Both the position numbers and the translations under genes were made by a program. Shown here one piece after another: positions 35,974-44,760 of a stretch of DNA of 64,000 nt. Source of the stretch: an uncultured Candidatus Saccharibacteria bacterium (lineage in GTDB: Bacteria > Patescibacteriota > Minisyncoccia > Phycocordibacterales > UBA2100); contig CAZUVH010000001.1 of the NCBI GenBank assembly GCA_964623775.1, forward strand, positions 284,784 through 348,783. Reading direction: 5' to 3'. Each line of letters begins with the position of its first letter. Positions within the stretch are counted from its first letter, which is position 1. The notes beneath the pieces were generated by a model, which saw only the letters and a program-made list of their open reading frames with translations, was not told the origin of the DNA and did no database searches.

Positions 35974-36591
35974 ATGGATAAAAAAGATAAAGAAGAGGCG
36001 ATACGGCGCTACGAAAGCAGGCTCGAAGAATTTGGCGAGTCGATGAAAGCACTGGGGTGGAGAAATGAGGAGCAGCAAAAGCTGCGTTTCAAGATTCTTG
36101 CTGAGATCGGCGATTTGCGCGGAAAAAAAATTCTCGATGTGGGCTGCGGCTTCGGGGATTTTTACGGCTATTTGAAAGAGCGGGGCATCGAGACAGATTT
36201 CACAGGTTATGATGTTACCCCGAAGTTTATTGATGTAGCGAAAAAGAAATACCCGGAGGCAAAGTTTAAGGTCATGGACATACAGTCTGACAAAGTCGGG
36301 GAGTCGTTCGATTACGTTTTTTCATCAGGCGTTTTTAATCACGCGATCACTGATAATATGAAATTTACCGAAGATATGATAAAAAAGATGTTCGACCTCG
36401 CGAAGATCGGTGTGGCGACGAATATGATGACCGATAAAGTTGATTTTAAAGACGAGCATCTCTTCTATTATTCACCTGAAGAAATGCTCGCGTATGCAAA
36501 GAAAATCTCGGGCAACGCGGAATTGCGAGAAAATTATGGATTGTATGAATTCAGCTTGTATATAAGGCATCAAGCGGAGCCAGCCAGCTAA
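35974..36591 (+). CDS. class I SAM-dependent methyltransferase
   Basis: Motif I is KILDVGCGFGDF, followed by …FDYVFSSGVFNH. The start is at MDKKDKEE. The 35872–35973 extension overlaps the amidohydrolase and is not supported. Confidence 0.75.
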   Translation: MDKKDKEEAIRRYESRLEEFGESMKALGWRNEEQQKLRFKILAEIGDLRGKKILDVGCGFGDFYGYLKERGIETDFTGYDVTPKFIDVAKKKYPEAKFKVMDIQSDKVGESFDYVFSSGVFNHAITDNMKFTEDMIKKMFDLAKIGVATNMMTDKVDFKDEHLFYYSPEEMLAYAKKISGNAELRENYGLYEFSLYIRHQAEPAS

Positions 36592-36598
36592 CTCTTTT

Positions 36599-38134
36599 AT
36601 GCATTCACTTCGTGGAAAACGCGTCCTTATGATCCAGCAGCGAAGCTGGGGCGTGAATGTCGGTCACCATATTGCAAAAGAGCTTCAAAACGAGGGATGT
36701 CTTCTTGCTGCCGTCACGTATAAGAAAAGCATGCACGCGTTCCATGCATCCCAGAAAGACGTTCGTTATGAAATGTTGATCAGCAACGATGCGGTGTACG
36801 AAAATCCGGAGATGTATATAAAGGAGTCTCCCAAGAGTCTTTCGGAGATCACTGAGGCTCTTGGTATCGAAAGCATATGGCCACTCGTCGCGGGCTCGAG
36901 GGAAGTCACCCGGTCATATGGCGAAAAGTATTTTTTTGCCGGAAGGCAGCAGATGTCTGACGATGAGATCATCCACTATATTCAAGGCGCTTTTGCGTAT
37001 GCCACAGAAATATTTGACACTTTTAAGCCGGATGTAATCGTGGCGCCGCTCATAGCAGAGCCATCACATATGATCTTGTATCACCTCGGGCGGATGCGCG
37101 GGATCTATCCCGTCATCGCTACGGATTCAAAAGTTCGCGGAGTATTTATCGTGGTCACGAGTCCTTGGGAAGATTCCGGGCCCTTCTTCGATCGAATCAA
37201 GGAGCTCAATGATGGAATTGAAAGTAAGAATGCGGCTCGAGCACAGGAATACATTCGACGCTTCAGGGAGAAATTTATGCCGCCCCTTTGGGCGGACCGT
37301 TTTCTTCAAGTAGGGTCACTCTGGAAGAGGATTCGTTCAGAGCTTGCGCCATACCGGCTTATATTTCAGTGGTATGTAAACCCTAATTCGAACTGTGATT
37401 GTGTAAAGCCACTTGGCCCCACGCTCGATTGTAGACCCCCGCGAATCATCCTGCGCGACCACTACACAAAGCTAATGCGGACCAGGGCAGCGAAGAAATT
37501 CCCATATTTCCCGCCTGATCGCGTGAAGGAATACGCGTATTATCCTTTGCAGGTCGAGCCGGAAACCACGCTCGATATTATGGCGCTGAATTTTAGCGAT
37601 CAACGTGAGCTAATCCGCAACATCGCACTTTCCCTTCCAGGGGGGATGACGCTCGTCGTCAAAGATCATCCCGCGATGCTTGGGCTGCGCACAGCGGAGT
37701 ACCTTGAAGATATATCTCGCATGCCTAATGTAAAATTGGTGGACTATCGAATACCCAATGAAAGATTGATTCGTTCGGCGTCGCTTGTATTGGCACCGAA
37801 TGCGACGGCTCATGCTGAGGCGACTATGTACGGTATCCCGGGCGTTCAATTCGGACGTCAGGGGACGACACTCAAGCTCCCGAACGTCATCCGGCACACG
37901 GACTACACGACGCTTCCCGCACGCATTGCGGAGCACCTGAGGAAGAAATTCGATACCGCCGAATATGAGCAGTTATTGAACAATTTTGTAGCCTCAGCCT
38001 ATGATGTGGGGGTAGAGACTGACTATTCCAAGGCGTGGGACTACGGAAAAAAAGAGGAACTCGATGCCATGTGGCGACTCTACAGAGGTGGAATCGAGCA
38101 CGTCTTGCAAAAGAGTGCGCGTGACACAGGCTGA
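36599..38134 (+). CDS. KpsS/KpsC-like capsule-polysaccharide-synthesis family protein (second paralog), putative CMP-nonulosonate transferase
   Basis: The motifs YAYYPLQVEPETT, TLVVKDHPAM and VLAPNATAHAEAT match the same family as 14845–16272. Confidence 0.6.
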   Translation: MHSLRGKRVLMIQQRSWGVNVGHHIAKELQNEGCLLAAVTYKKSMHAFHASQKDVRYEMLISNDAVYENPEMYIKESPKSLSEITEALGIESIWPLVAGSREVTRSYGEKYFFAGRQQMSDDEIIHYIQGAFAYATEIFDTFKPDVIVAPLIAEPSHMILYHLGRMRGIYPVIATDSKVRGVFIVVTSPWEDSGPFFDRIKELNDGIESKNAARAQEYIRRFREKFMPPLWADRFLQVGSLWKRIRSELAPYRLIFQWYVNPNSNCDCVKPLGPTLDCRPPRIILRDHYTKLMRTRAAKKFPYFPPDRVKEYAYYPLQVEPETTLDIMALNFSDQRELIRNIALSLPGGMTLVVKDHPAMLGLRTAEYLEDISRMPNVKLVDYRIPNERLIRSASLVLAPNATAHAEATMYGIPGVQFGRQGTTLKLPNVIRHTDYTTLPARIAEHLRKKFDTAEYEQLLNNFVASAYDVGVETDYSKAWDYGKKEELDAMWRLYRGGIEHVLQKSARDTG

Positions 38135-38161
38135 CCAAACTCAAGCGATACTCGTTGTGGT

Positions 38162-39199
38162 TTATCGGCTTTCCTTCCTCAGCCTCTCGTAGTCCGATTT
38201 TGCCATCATTTGTACGAGCTCCTCAAAAGAGGTTTTTGGCTTCCATCCCAATTTTTTCGCAGCTTTTGAAGGGTCACCACGGAGCCAATTAACTTCACGC
38301 GGACGGTAGAATTTTTTATCTATTGAGAGAATCGTGCTGCCTTTCTCGTCGACGCCGATCTCCTTGAGCCCCGACCCCTTCCATGTAATTTTCATATCAA
38401 GCGCCCGTGCTGTGGCTTCGACGAACTCCCTGACCGTGTGCGAAACTCCGGTAGCGATCACAAAATCATCCGGCTTTTTTTGCTGCAGCATCAGGTGCAT
38501 CATCTGCACATAGTCGCCGGCAAAACCCCAGTCCCGCTTCGCTTCGAGATTGCCAAGGGCAAAACTTTTTTGAAGCCCTAACTTTATTTTTGCGAGCGAA
38601 ATAGTGATTTTACGAGTCACAAAATGCTCTCCGCGTCGGGGAGACTCGTGATTGAAAAGAATGCCCGAGCAAATGTAGAGCCCGTGCTTTTCCCGGTACG
38701 AGACGACAAAGTCTTCATGTGCCTTTAGCTTCGCCTCACCGTATGGTGATACGGGTACAAATGGTGATTTTTCATTTTGTGGAGGTGGGGTCGATCCGTA
38801 CATTTCACTCGTCGAAGCTTGGTATATACGTGCTCTCGGCACAATTTTCATCGCTTCATGCACGAGACGTCCAAGTCCGAAATAATCTATCTCGAGCGTT
38901 TCCTCCGGACAAAGAAAGGAAATACCGACATCAGACTGAGCGGCCAGATTGTAGATCTCATCAGGCTTCGATGTCTCCAATGCTCTCGCCAAAGATGCGC
39001 TATCGCGTAAGTTGCCATAGCAAAGATGAAATTTTTTTGACGGTATCAGGGTGCGAAGCCGGGAAGTCGGATCCGAACTCGATCGCCGGAGCAATCCCCA
39101 GACCTCGTACCCGAGCGAAAGCAAGTGCTCAGCAAGATACGAACCATCTTGACCGGTAATACCGGTAATCAGCGCCCGTTTCTGCTTTTTAGACCTCAT
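38162..39199 (-). CDS. gmd: GDP-mannose 4,6-dehydratase
   Basis: The sequence is ALITGITGQDGSYLAEHLL…YEVWGLLRRSSS…IYNLAAQSDVGISF…QASTSEMYG…NHESPRRGE. The start is at MRSKKQK (39199). Confidence 0.9.
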   Translation of the reverse strand: MRSKKQKRALITGITGQDGSYLAEHLLSLGYEVWGLLRRSSSDPTSRLRTLIPSKKFHLCYGNLRDSASLARALETSKPDEIYNLAAQSDVGISFLCPEETLEIDYFGLGRLVHEAMKIVPRARIYQASTSEMYGSTPPPQNEKSPFVPVSPYGEAKLKAHEDFVVSYREKHGLYICSGILFNHESPRRGEHFVTRKITISLAKIKLGLQKSFALGNLEAKRDWGFAGDYVQMMHLMLQQKKPDDFVIATGVSHTVREFVEATARALDMKITWKGSGLKEIGVDEKGSTILSIDKKFYRPREVNWLRGDPSKAAKKLGWKPKTSFEELVQMMAKSDYERLRKESR

Positions 39200-39207
39200 G
39201 ACTGCGG

Positions 39208-39236
39208 ATTTTATCTTGCGCGACCCTATTTCGCAA
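39208..39236 (-). promoter_or_regulatory. candidate promoter for gmd (minus strand TTGCGA-17-TAAAAT, ~8 nt before ATG)
   Basis: The reverse complement of 39231–39236 is TTGCGA. A 17-nt spacer follows. The reverse complement of 39208–39213 is TAAAAT. Confidence 0.35.
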
Positions 39237-39353
39237 CGACCAATTTTTCTTGCCCGTACTCGGGCATAGAAACAATGGAAGTACTCTTGTGGTGCGACCA
39301 ATTTTTCTTAGGGCTTTGCCCTTAGAAACAATGGAAGTGCCCTTGTGGCGCGA
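39236..39353. repeat. two tandem ~58-bp direct repeats, each containing a short hairpin (gcccgTACTcgggc / agggcTTTgccct)
   Basis: Unit 1 is cgaccaatttttctt[gcccgtactcgggcat]agaaacaatggaagtactcttgtggtgcg. Unit 2 is cgaccaatttttctt[agggctttgcccttag]aaacaatggaagtgcccttgtggcgcg. They lie between the GT4 stop and the gmd start. Confidence 0.8.
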
Positions 39354-40541
39354 CTACTCCTTGATCAGATTTTGGTAAAAACTGAGCCACTCCGCACTTC
39401 GTTCAGCACCTCTCATTGTGGCGAGTGTTGCCTTGCCGCCATTTTGCAGCCGTTGGCATAGATCTGGATCTCGCATCACGTCTTCGATTCCCCCCGCAAG
39501 TGCGTGTGGGTCCTCTGGTCTTACAAGATACGCATTCTCGCCATGAGTCAGAAAATCTGTGAGCGCGTCCACGCGAGAGGCGATCACGGGCTTATTCATC
39601 TCAAACGCTTCGAGCGGGACGAGTCCGTACCCTTCGTATCTCGAAGGCACTATGATAAGTGAGCTTTTCTCAAATACGCTTTTTAGATCCGTATTCGAAG
39701 GAACTCTGCCGAGAAAGACGACACGATCGCGTATATCAAGTGAATCGACAAGATGCGCGAACTCGTCTGTTTCGATGAGTGAAGATGAGCTTACAAAAAC
39801 GAATTTCGGGAGCACCTCGCGTGAGACATGTGGTATCGCGCGAAGAAGTATGTCCCACCCCTTACGCGGTTTCATCTGGCCGACGAAAAGCCCGTATGAT
39901 TCCTGCGGAAGTCGTCCGACAATCCCGCTGGGTACCTCGGTTGTTTCCCAGCGTTGCTCGTCAGCCACCAAGGGGATATAGCGGGCATTTTTGATCCCGA
40001 GTTCTTGAGCGATTGGTATGTTGTGTTTGGAATAAAAAACCACCGCGTCGGCATGCATGAGCGGCCAGTGGAAAAAATAACTACGCCACGCCTTAAAAGC
40101 GAATCGTTTCGGGACGCGCTCGTATGCGATGGGCTTTCCGAGCGGATCGTCACGATCCTCGACAAGGTAGTGGTCGTGAAGAAGCCCAGCTTCGGTGAAA
40201 GCGACCGGAATTCCAAAAATTTTTGCAAGCATTGCCGCAACGACACCGACCCTGTTGTTACGCAGCATGTGGACGTGAACAGCATCCGGGCGCTCCGTAA
40301 TCATGAGCACTACCACACGCAGCACGCCAGAAAGAAAACTGCGATATTTATGTACATGTACGCCTGACACTGTAGAGTTGGGCATCTCACCTTTTTCCAT
40401 CCGAGCGATTCCCAGCACCCGCCAGCCGTTCTTGGCCAGCATCCTGCTCAGGATGAATTCCGGAAACATCGTGAGGCGATCGTTGAAACCATAGGGGATC
40501 ACGACGAGGATGGTTGGTTGTTTCGTCATGGTTTTACACAA
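39354..40541 (-). CDS. glycosyltransferase family 4
   Basis: The C-terminal GT4 motif is present (FVSSSSLIETDEF…LIIVPSRYEGYGLVPLEAFEMNKPVIASRVDALTDFL…GENAYLV). Confidence 0.85.
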   Translation of the reverse strand: MCKTMTKQPTILVVIPYGFNDRLTMFPEFILSRMLAKNGWRVLGIARMEKGEMPNSTVSGVHVHKYRSFLSGVLRVVVLMITERPDAVHVHMLRNNRVGVVAAMLAKIFGIPVAFTEAGLLHDHYLVEDRDDPLGKPIAYERVPKRFAFKAWRSYFFHWPLMHADAVVFYSKHNIPIAQELGIKNARYIPLVADEQRWETTEVPSGIVGRLPQESYGLFVGQMKPRKGWDILLRAIPHVSREVLPKFVFVSSSSLIETDEFAHLVDSLDIRDRVVFLGRVPSNTDLKSVFEKSSLIIVPSRYEGYGLVPLEAFEMNKPVIASRVDALTDFLTHGENAYLVRPEDPHALAGGIEDVMRDPDLCQRLQNGGKATLATMRGAERSAEWLSFYQNLIKE

Positions 40542-41338
40542 AACACATTAACAGACCCCTCTTTTTCAGGATACTTTCGTATCGAGTCCGCGTAGGGCTT
40601 TTTCAAGACGATCGGTCCCGTGTCCGTGATGACGTGGAGCTGATAGCCATATCTGTCAAAAATATCCAAAAATGCCTCGGGCGTTTTGCCCGAGCGCGAA
40701 AGCGCCGACGGATTATACTCACACACAATACTGGGCGAATCGGTGCGCAATGTCTCTTGCATGCCTTCAAGCGCGCTCCACTCGCCACCCTCTATATCCA
40801 TCTTTATGAGGTGTATTCTTCGGATGCCGTGTTTCCTTTTGAAGATATCAAGCGTTGTGCCCCTCACTGTCGTATGGGTCGCATTATCGGCGCCGACTGT
40901 GGTATGGCAGCCAGTTGACCCCACGACGTGAAAAAAGGAAATCGGCCCCTCTTTTGAAGTGAGCGCCTCGGGAATGGTTTCAACAGTACTAAATCGCGCT
41001 GTATTTTTACGCAGAAGAGCGAGATTTTCCGTGTCGGGTTCAAAGGCATATACTCGACCTTTTGAGCCGACTCGAGTCGCCATGAGCCGAGTGAAGTAGC
41101 CAATGTGCGCCCCCGCATCGACAACCACCATACCTTCTTTGGTAATGCGACGTAAAAGTCGCGATGTCCCGCGTTCGTATGAACCACTGAGCATCTCCCA
41201 CTTCCATCGCCAGCTGAATTTTTTTGGAAACGAAAAGCCTGCGAATGTCGCCAAGAGTGAGACAACGCCCGATATGAAAAGTTTCGCGACGAAGCGCATC
41301 ATGGTCATCTTACACGCGAAAACGGTATTTGACATCAC
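40526..41338 (-). CDS. FkbM-family SAM-dependent methyltransferase with N-terminal TM anchor
   Basis: The Methyltransf_21 pattern is present (VVDAGAHIGYFTRLMATRVGSKGRVYAFEPDTENLALLRKN…IKMDIEGGEWSAL). The N-terminus is hydrophobic (FISGVVSLLATFAGF). Confidence 0.75.
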   Translation of the reverse strand: MMSNTVFACKMTMMRFVAKLFISGVVSLLATFAGFSFPKKFSWRWKWEMLSGSYERGTSRLLRRITKEGMVVVDAGAHIGYFTRLMATRVGSKGRVYAFEPDTENLALLRKNTARFSTVETIPEALTSKEGPISFFHVVGSTGCHTTVGADNATHTTVRGTTLDIFKRKHGIRRIHLIKMDIEGGEWSALEGMQETLRTDSPSIVCEYNPSALSRSGKTPEAFLDIFDRYGYQLHVITDTGPIVLKKPYADSIRKYPEKEGSVNVFCVKP

Positions 41339-41379
41339 TGGCGTTTCTTGGTTTTAAGTGATATTTTGCCCTCTATACC

Positions 41380-42183
41380 ATGGCAAAATCTGACTCAAAA
41401 GGGAGCATCAGCTGGGTAGCGGTATCCGGCGGTTTTGATCCGATCCATATCGGACATGTACGAATGTTAGAGGAGGCCAAAAAATTGGCGGATAAGCTCG
41501 TAGTCATAGTCAATAACGACAATTGGCTTCGCGACAAGAAAGGATACGTGTTCATGCCTCAAAAGGAGCGAGCCGAACTCATCAAATCGTTTCCGTTTGT
41601 AGATAAAGTGGTCGTAACCGATCACAAGAAAAACGATCCGGACAGGAGTGTGGTTCGCGCTCTCGCAAAAATAAAACCAGCGATATTTGCGAACGGGGGA
41701 GATCGAAAAGGTGTACAAGACATTCCTGAAGCACTCCTATGTAAAAAAATGGGCATCAAAATGGTTTTCAATGTCGGATATGGAGGCAAGGTGCAGTCGT
41801 CTTCTTGGATGATTAAAGACGTGAGTCGTAATTTCCTACGGAGCGTTCGTCCATGGGGAGAATTTTATAGCTGGGACAAAGGTGAGCAGTGGAATCTAAA
41901 AACGATCTACATACAGGCCGGCAAGCGACTCTCTCTCCAGTATCACAATCACCGCTCGGAGCTCTGGACACTCGTGCAGGGGGACGCGACTGCCACGATC
42001 GAAGCAAATGGTGAGCTCAAACGCATTCCGCTTATGGTCGGGCAGACCTTTGTCGTACCGAGTCGTGCCCATCATCGTCTCGAATCAAAAAAAGGCGGCA
42101 TACTTGTGGAAGTCGCGCTCGGAAATTTTGATGAAAACGATATTGTGCGCCTCCACGACGATCATGGTCGCACTGGAGCGTGA
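41380..42183 (+). CDS. fusion protein: HIGH-motif cytidylyl/adenylyl-transferase-like domain + type-II phosphomannose-isomerase (ManC C-terminal) cupin domain
   Basis: The N-terminal ~150 aa are WVAVSGGFDPIHIGHVRMLEEAKKLADKLVVIVNNDNWL (HldE-II/TagD-like). The C-terminal ~110 aa are RPWGEFYSWDKGEQWNLKTIYIQAGKRLSLQYHNHRSELWTLVQG…HRLES…VEVALGNFDENDIVRLHDDHGR (ManC PMI cupin signature). Confidence 0.7.
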   Translation: MAKSDSKGSISWVAVSGGFDPIHIGHVRMLEEAKKLADKLVVIVNNDNWLRDKKGYVFMPQKERAELIKSFPFVDKVVVTDHKKNDPDRSVVRALAKIKPAIFANGGDRKGVQDIPEALLCKKMGIKMVFNVGYGGKVQSSSWMIKDVSRNFLRSVRPWGEFYSWDKGEQWNLKTIYIQAGKRLSLQYHNHRSELWTLVQGDATATIEANGELKRIPLMVGQTFVVPSRAHHRLESKKGGILVEVALGNFDENDIVRLHDDHGRTGA

Positions 42184-42274
42184 ACACCGTTTTGCCCCTT
42201 GATTTACGTTACGTTTGTGCCCTATTGACCCCGCGCATTTTTTGAACCAAGATGCACGTGTCAGGCCATATTTC

Positions 42275-43084
42275 ATGAAAAAAAGCGCTAAAATACCAGC
42301 CATTAAGGACATACCCGTAGTCATTTTCTGCGGAGGTAAGGGGACGCGCCTCCGAGAGGAGACTGAGATCATTCCAAAACCAATGGTGCGCATCGGTGAT
42401 AAACCGATCCTGTGGCACATTATGAAGATTTACTACACACAGGGATTTCGCAATTTTATTCTCTTGCTTGGATATAAAGGTGAAAAGATCAAGGATTATT
42501 TTTCAAACTACATGCTCTATGCGAGCGACCTGACGCTTTCGCGCGACGCATGGGGCATGGAAACGAGCTATCATAAAAAGCCGGCCGAAGACTGGCGCAT
42601 TACTTTTGTAGAAACCGGACCCGACACCATGACGGGGGGTCGATTGAAAAGAATAGAGTCTTTCATTCGGGCACCTTTTTTTATGCTCACATATGGTGAT
42701 GGTGTCGCCAACGTCAATTTGAAGGAGCTTATTAAAACGCATTCCGAAAAAGAAGCTCTGGTCACGATCACGGGAGTACATCCACCAGCGCGATTTGGAG
42801 AATTGCATATCGATGACGGGCACGTGGTTGCTTTCAATGAAAAACCAAAAACGGACGCGCTCATCAACGGAGGTTTTTTTGCTGTGGACCGCAAAGTCTT
42901 CAAGCACATACCAAAAGGAGATGAAATCAATTTTGAGATGGATGTACTGCCAGGCATCGCAAAGGATTCAAGAATGGCCGCGCATCGTCATGAAGACTAT
43001 TGGCAATGTATGGATACGATTCGTGACATGGAAGTGCTCAATGAGAAGTGGGCAAGTGGGAAGGCGCCCTGGAAAATATGGTAA
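42275..43084 (+). CDS. rfbF: glucose-1-phosphate cytidylyltransferase
   Basis: It is collinear with Salmonella RfbF/DdhA (VVIFCGGKGTRLREETEIIPKPMVRIGDKPILWHIMKIY…TGPDTMTGGRLKR…TYGDGVANVN…INGGFF…WQCMDTIRD…GKAPWKIW). Confidence 0.9.
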   Translation: MKKSAKIPAIKDIPVVIFCGGKGTRLREETEIIPKPMVRIGDKPILWHIMKIYYTQGFRNFILLLGYKGEKIKDYFSNYMLYASDLTLSRDAWGMETSYHKKPAEDWRITFVETGPDTMTGGRLKRIESFIRAPFFMLTYGDGVANVNLKELIKTHSEKEALVTITGVHPPARFGELHIDDGHVVAFNEKPKTDALINGGFFAVDRKVFKHIPKGDEINFEMDVLPGIAKDSRMAAHRHEDYWQCMDTIRDMEVLNEKWASGKAPWKIW

Positions 43085-44043
43085 AAGATTTTTGGGCCGG
43101 TCGACGCGTGCTCGTGACCGGGGGCGCGGGATTCATCGGATACGCGCTCGCACGCAAACTCCTGGCATCGGGTGCCAAGGTCTCGATTCTTGATATACGA
43201 CCACTTCCTCCGTATGCGACCAAAGAAGAGAAAAAGAAATTCCACTTTGTACGCGGGAGCGTGACTTCGGAAAAGACGGTCGGCGCCATTCTAAAGAGCA
43301 AGAAGATACAGACCGTATTTCATTTGGCCGCGGAGGCGATCGTAGATCGAGCGCTCCACGACCCTGAAAACGCACTTGACTCAAATATTCGCGGGACATG
43401 GGTGCTTCTTGAGAGCGTCCGACAATCGAGGGGTGTGGAAGATATTGTTATCGCGTCCTCTGATCACGTGTACGGAACTGATGCAAAGCCCCCGTTCCAC
43501 GAGAGCTCTCCGCTCGGGGGGAGTAGTCCATACGATATATCAAAAAGTTGCACAGATTTGATCGCAAAGATGTATGCGAAGACGTTCGGGCTACCCATTG
43601 TGATTGCACGCTGCGGCAACGTTTTTGGGCCCGGGGACATGAATTGGACGAGGCTCATACCCGATGCACTGCGCTCACTCTCAAGTGGTAAGCCGCTACA
43701 ACTCCGCAGCAATGGGAAGTTTTCCCGCGACTATGTGTATATCGATGATGTTGTCGATGCGTATATCGCGCTTGCGCGAAATCTTCGGAAGAAGAATTTA
43801 CATGGCGAAGCATTCAACTTTGCCTTTGGAAAACCACTTTCGGTAAAAGCCGTCCTACGGCACATCAAAGAGGGCGCAGGACGATCGGTCCCTTTTACGA
43901 TTGCGAATACCGCACGGCACGAAATCAAGTCGTTGCATTTGGATTCCACAAAAGCAAAACGCATCCTTTCGTGGGCACCTTCCGTATCACGAGAAGAGGG
44001 CTTTAGACGGACTATTGCGTGGTATGCTGATTTCTTCAGTTAG
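43078..44043 (+). CDS. rfbG: CDP-glucose 4,6-dehydratase
   Basis: The N-terminus MVKDFWAGRRVLVTGGAGFIG is collinear with RfbG/DdhB. There is a 7-nt overlap with rfbF. Confidence 0.85.
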   Translation: MVKDFWAGRRVLVTGGAGFIGYALARKLLASGAKVSILDIRPLPPYATKEEKKKFHFVRGSVTSEKTVGAILKSKKIQTVFHLAAEAIVDRALHDPENALDSNIRGTWVLLESVRQSRGVEDIVIASSDHVYGTDAKPPFHESSPLGGSSPYDISKSCTDLIAKMYAKTFGLPIVIARCGNVFGPGDMNWTRLIPDALRSLSSGKPLQLRSNGKFSRDYVYIDDVVDAYIALARNLRKKNLHGEAFNFAFGKPLSVKAVLRHIKEGAGRSVPFTIANTARHEIKSLHLDSTKAKRILSWAPSVSREEGFRRTIAWYADFFS

Positions 44044-44046
44044 ACC

Positions 44047-44742
44047 ATGAGCAGAACGGAACTATCCATCGTCCTCCCCGCATACAACGAATCCGAGCAT
44101 CTTCTGAATGTCGTCAGCGAAATGGCGAGTGTGTTCAATGCGTCAGGGATCTCGTATGAAATTCGTGTCGTGGATAATGGCTCGACTGATTCCACCGAAG
44201 AAGTCATCAAGAAAATCGAAGCAGAAAACCCACACGTCTCCCATCTTCATTTGGAAAAGAATCGCCACTACGGCGGCGGGATCCTTGCGGGACTTGAGGG
44301 CGCAAAAGGTGAGGTGGTTGGGTGGGCGGATGCGGATGGGCAGGTAGACCCAAGGACTATTGTGCAGCTATACAAGGAGATGCGTGAAAAGGGGCTTGAA
44401 TTGGGAAAAGCCGTGCGCGTCGTGCGGCCCGAGGCGCTCGGTAGACGCATCCAGACGAAAGTCTACAACATACTTTTTCGAATTTTTTTCCTCACTTCGT
44501 ATACCGATATGAATGCAAAGCCAAAATTACTTACTCGCAGAGCTGTAGACATCTTGCAGTTACAATCGCACGATTTCTTTCTCGATCCCGAATTCGTGAT
44601 AAAAGCTCTCAGGAATCATGTGCCGATATGCGAGGTTCCCACTGTATGGCGAGAGCGTCAGAGCGGGCGGACCCGTATCCACGTATTGGCCGCACTTCAA
44701 TTTTTGAAATCAATGGTGGTGTATCGGCTCGGATTGAAGTAA
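44047..44742 (+). CDS. glycosyltransferase family 2, polyprenol-phosphate sugar transferase type (DPM1/ArnC-like)
   Basis: The sequence is LSIVLPAYNESEHL…RVVDNGSTDST…GGGILAGLEGAKGEVVGWADADGQ. Confidence 0.8.
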   Translation: MSRTELSIVLPAYNESEHLLNVVSEMASVFNASGISYEIRVVDNGSTDSTEEVIKKIEAENPHVSHLHLEKNRHYGGGILAGLEGAKGEVVGWADADGQVDPRTIVQLYKEMREKGLELGKAVRVVRPEALGRRIQTKVYNILFRIFFLTSYTDMNAKPKLLTRRAVDILQLQSHDFFLDPEFVIKALRNHVPICEVPTVWRERQSGRTRIHVLAALQFLKSMVVYRLGLK

Positions 44743-44760
44743 TATAGTGATCCAATACAT

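Noticed and set aside
39125-39325. 66-aa ORF spanning the tandem 58-bp repeats
   Set aside because: Its reading frame is created by the repeat itself (…ETMEVLLWCDQFFLGLCP). It overlaps the gmd 5' end on the opposite strand. It is better explained as non-coding repeat sequence.
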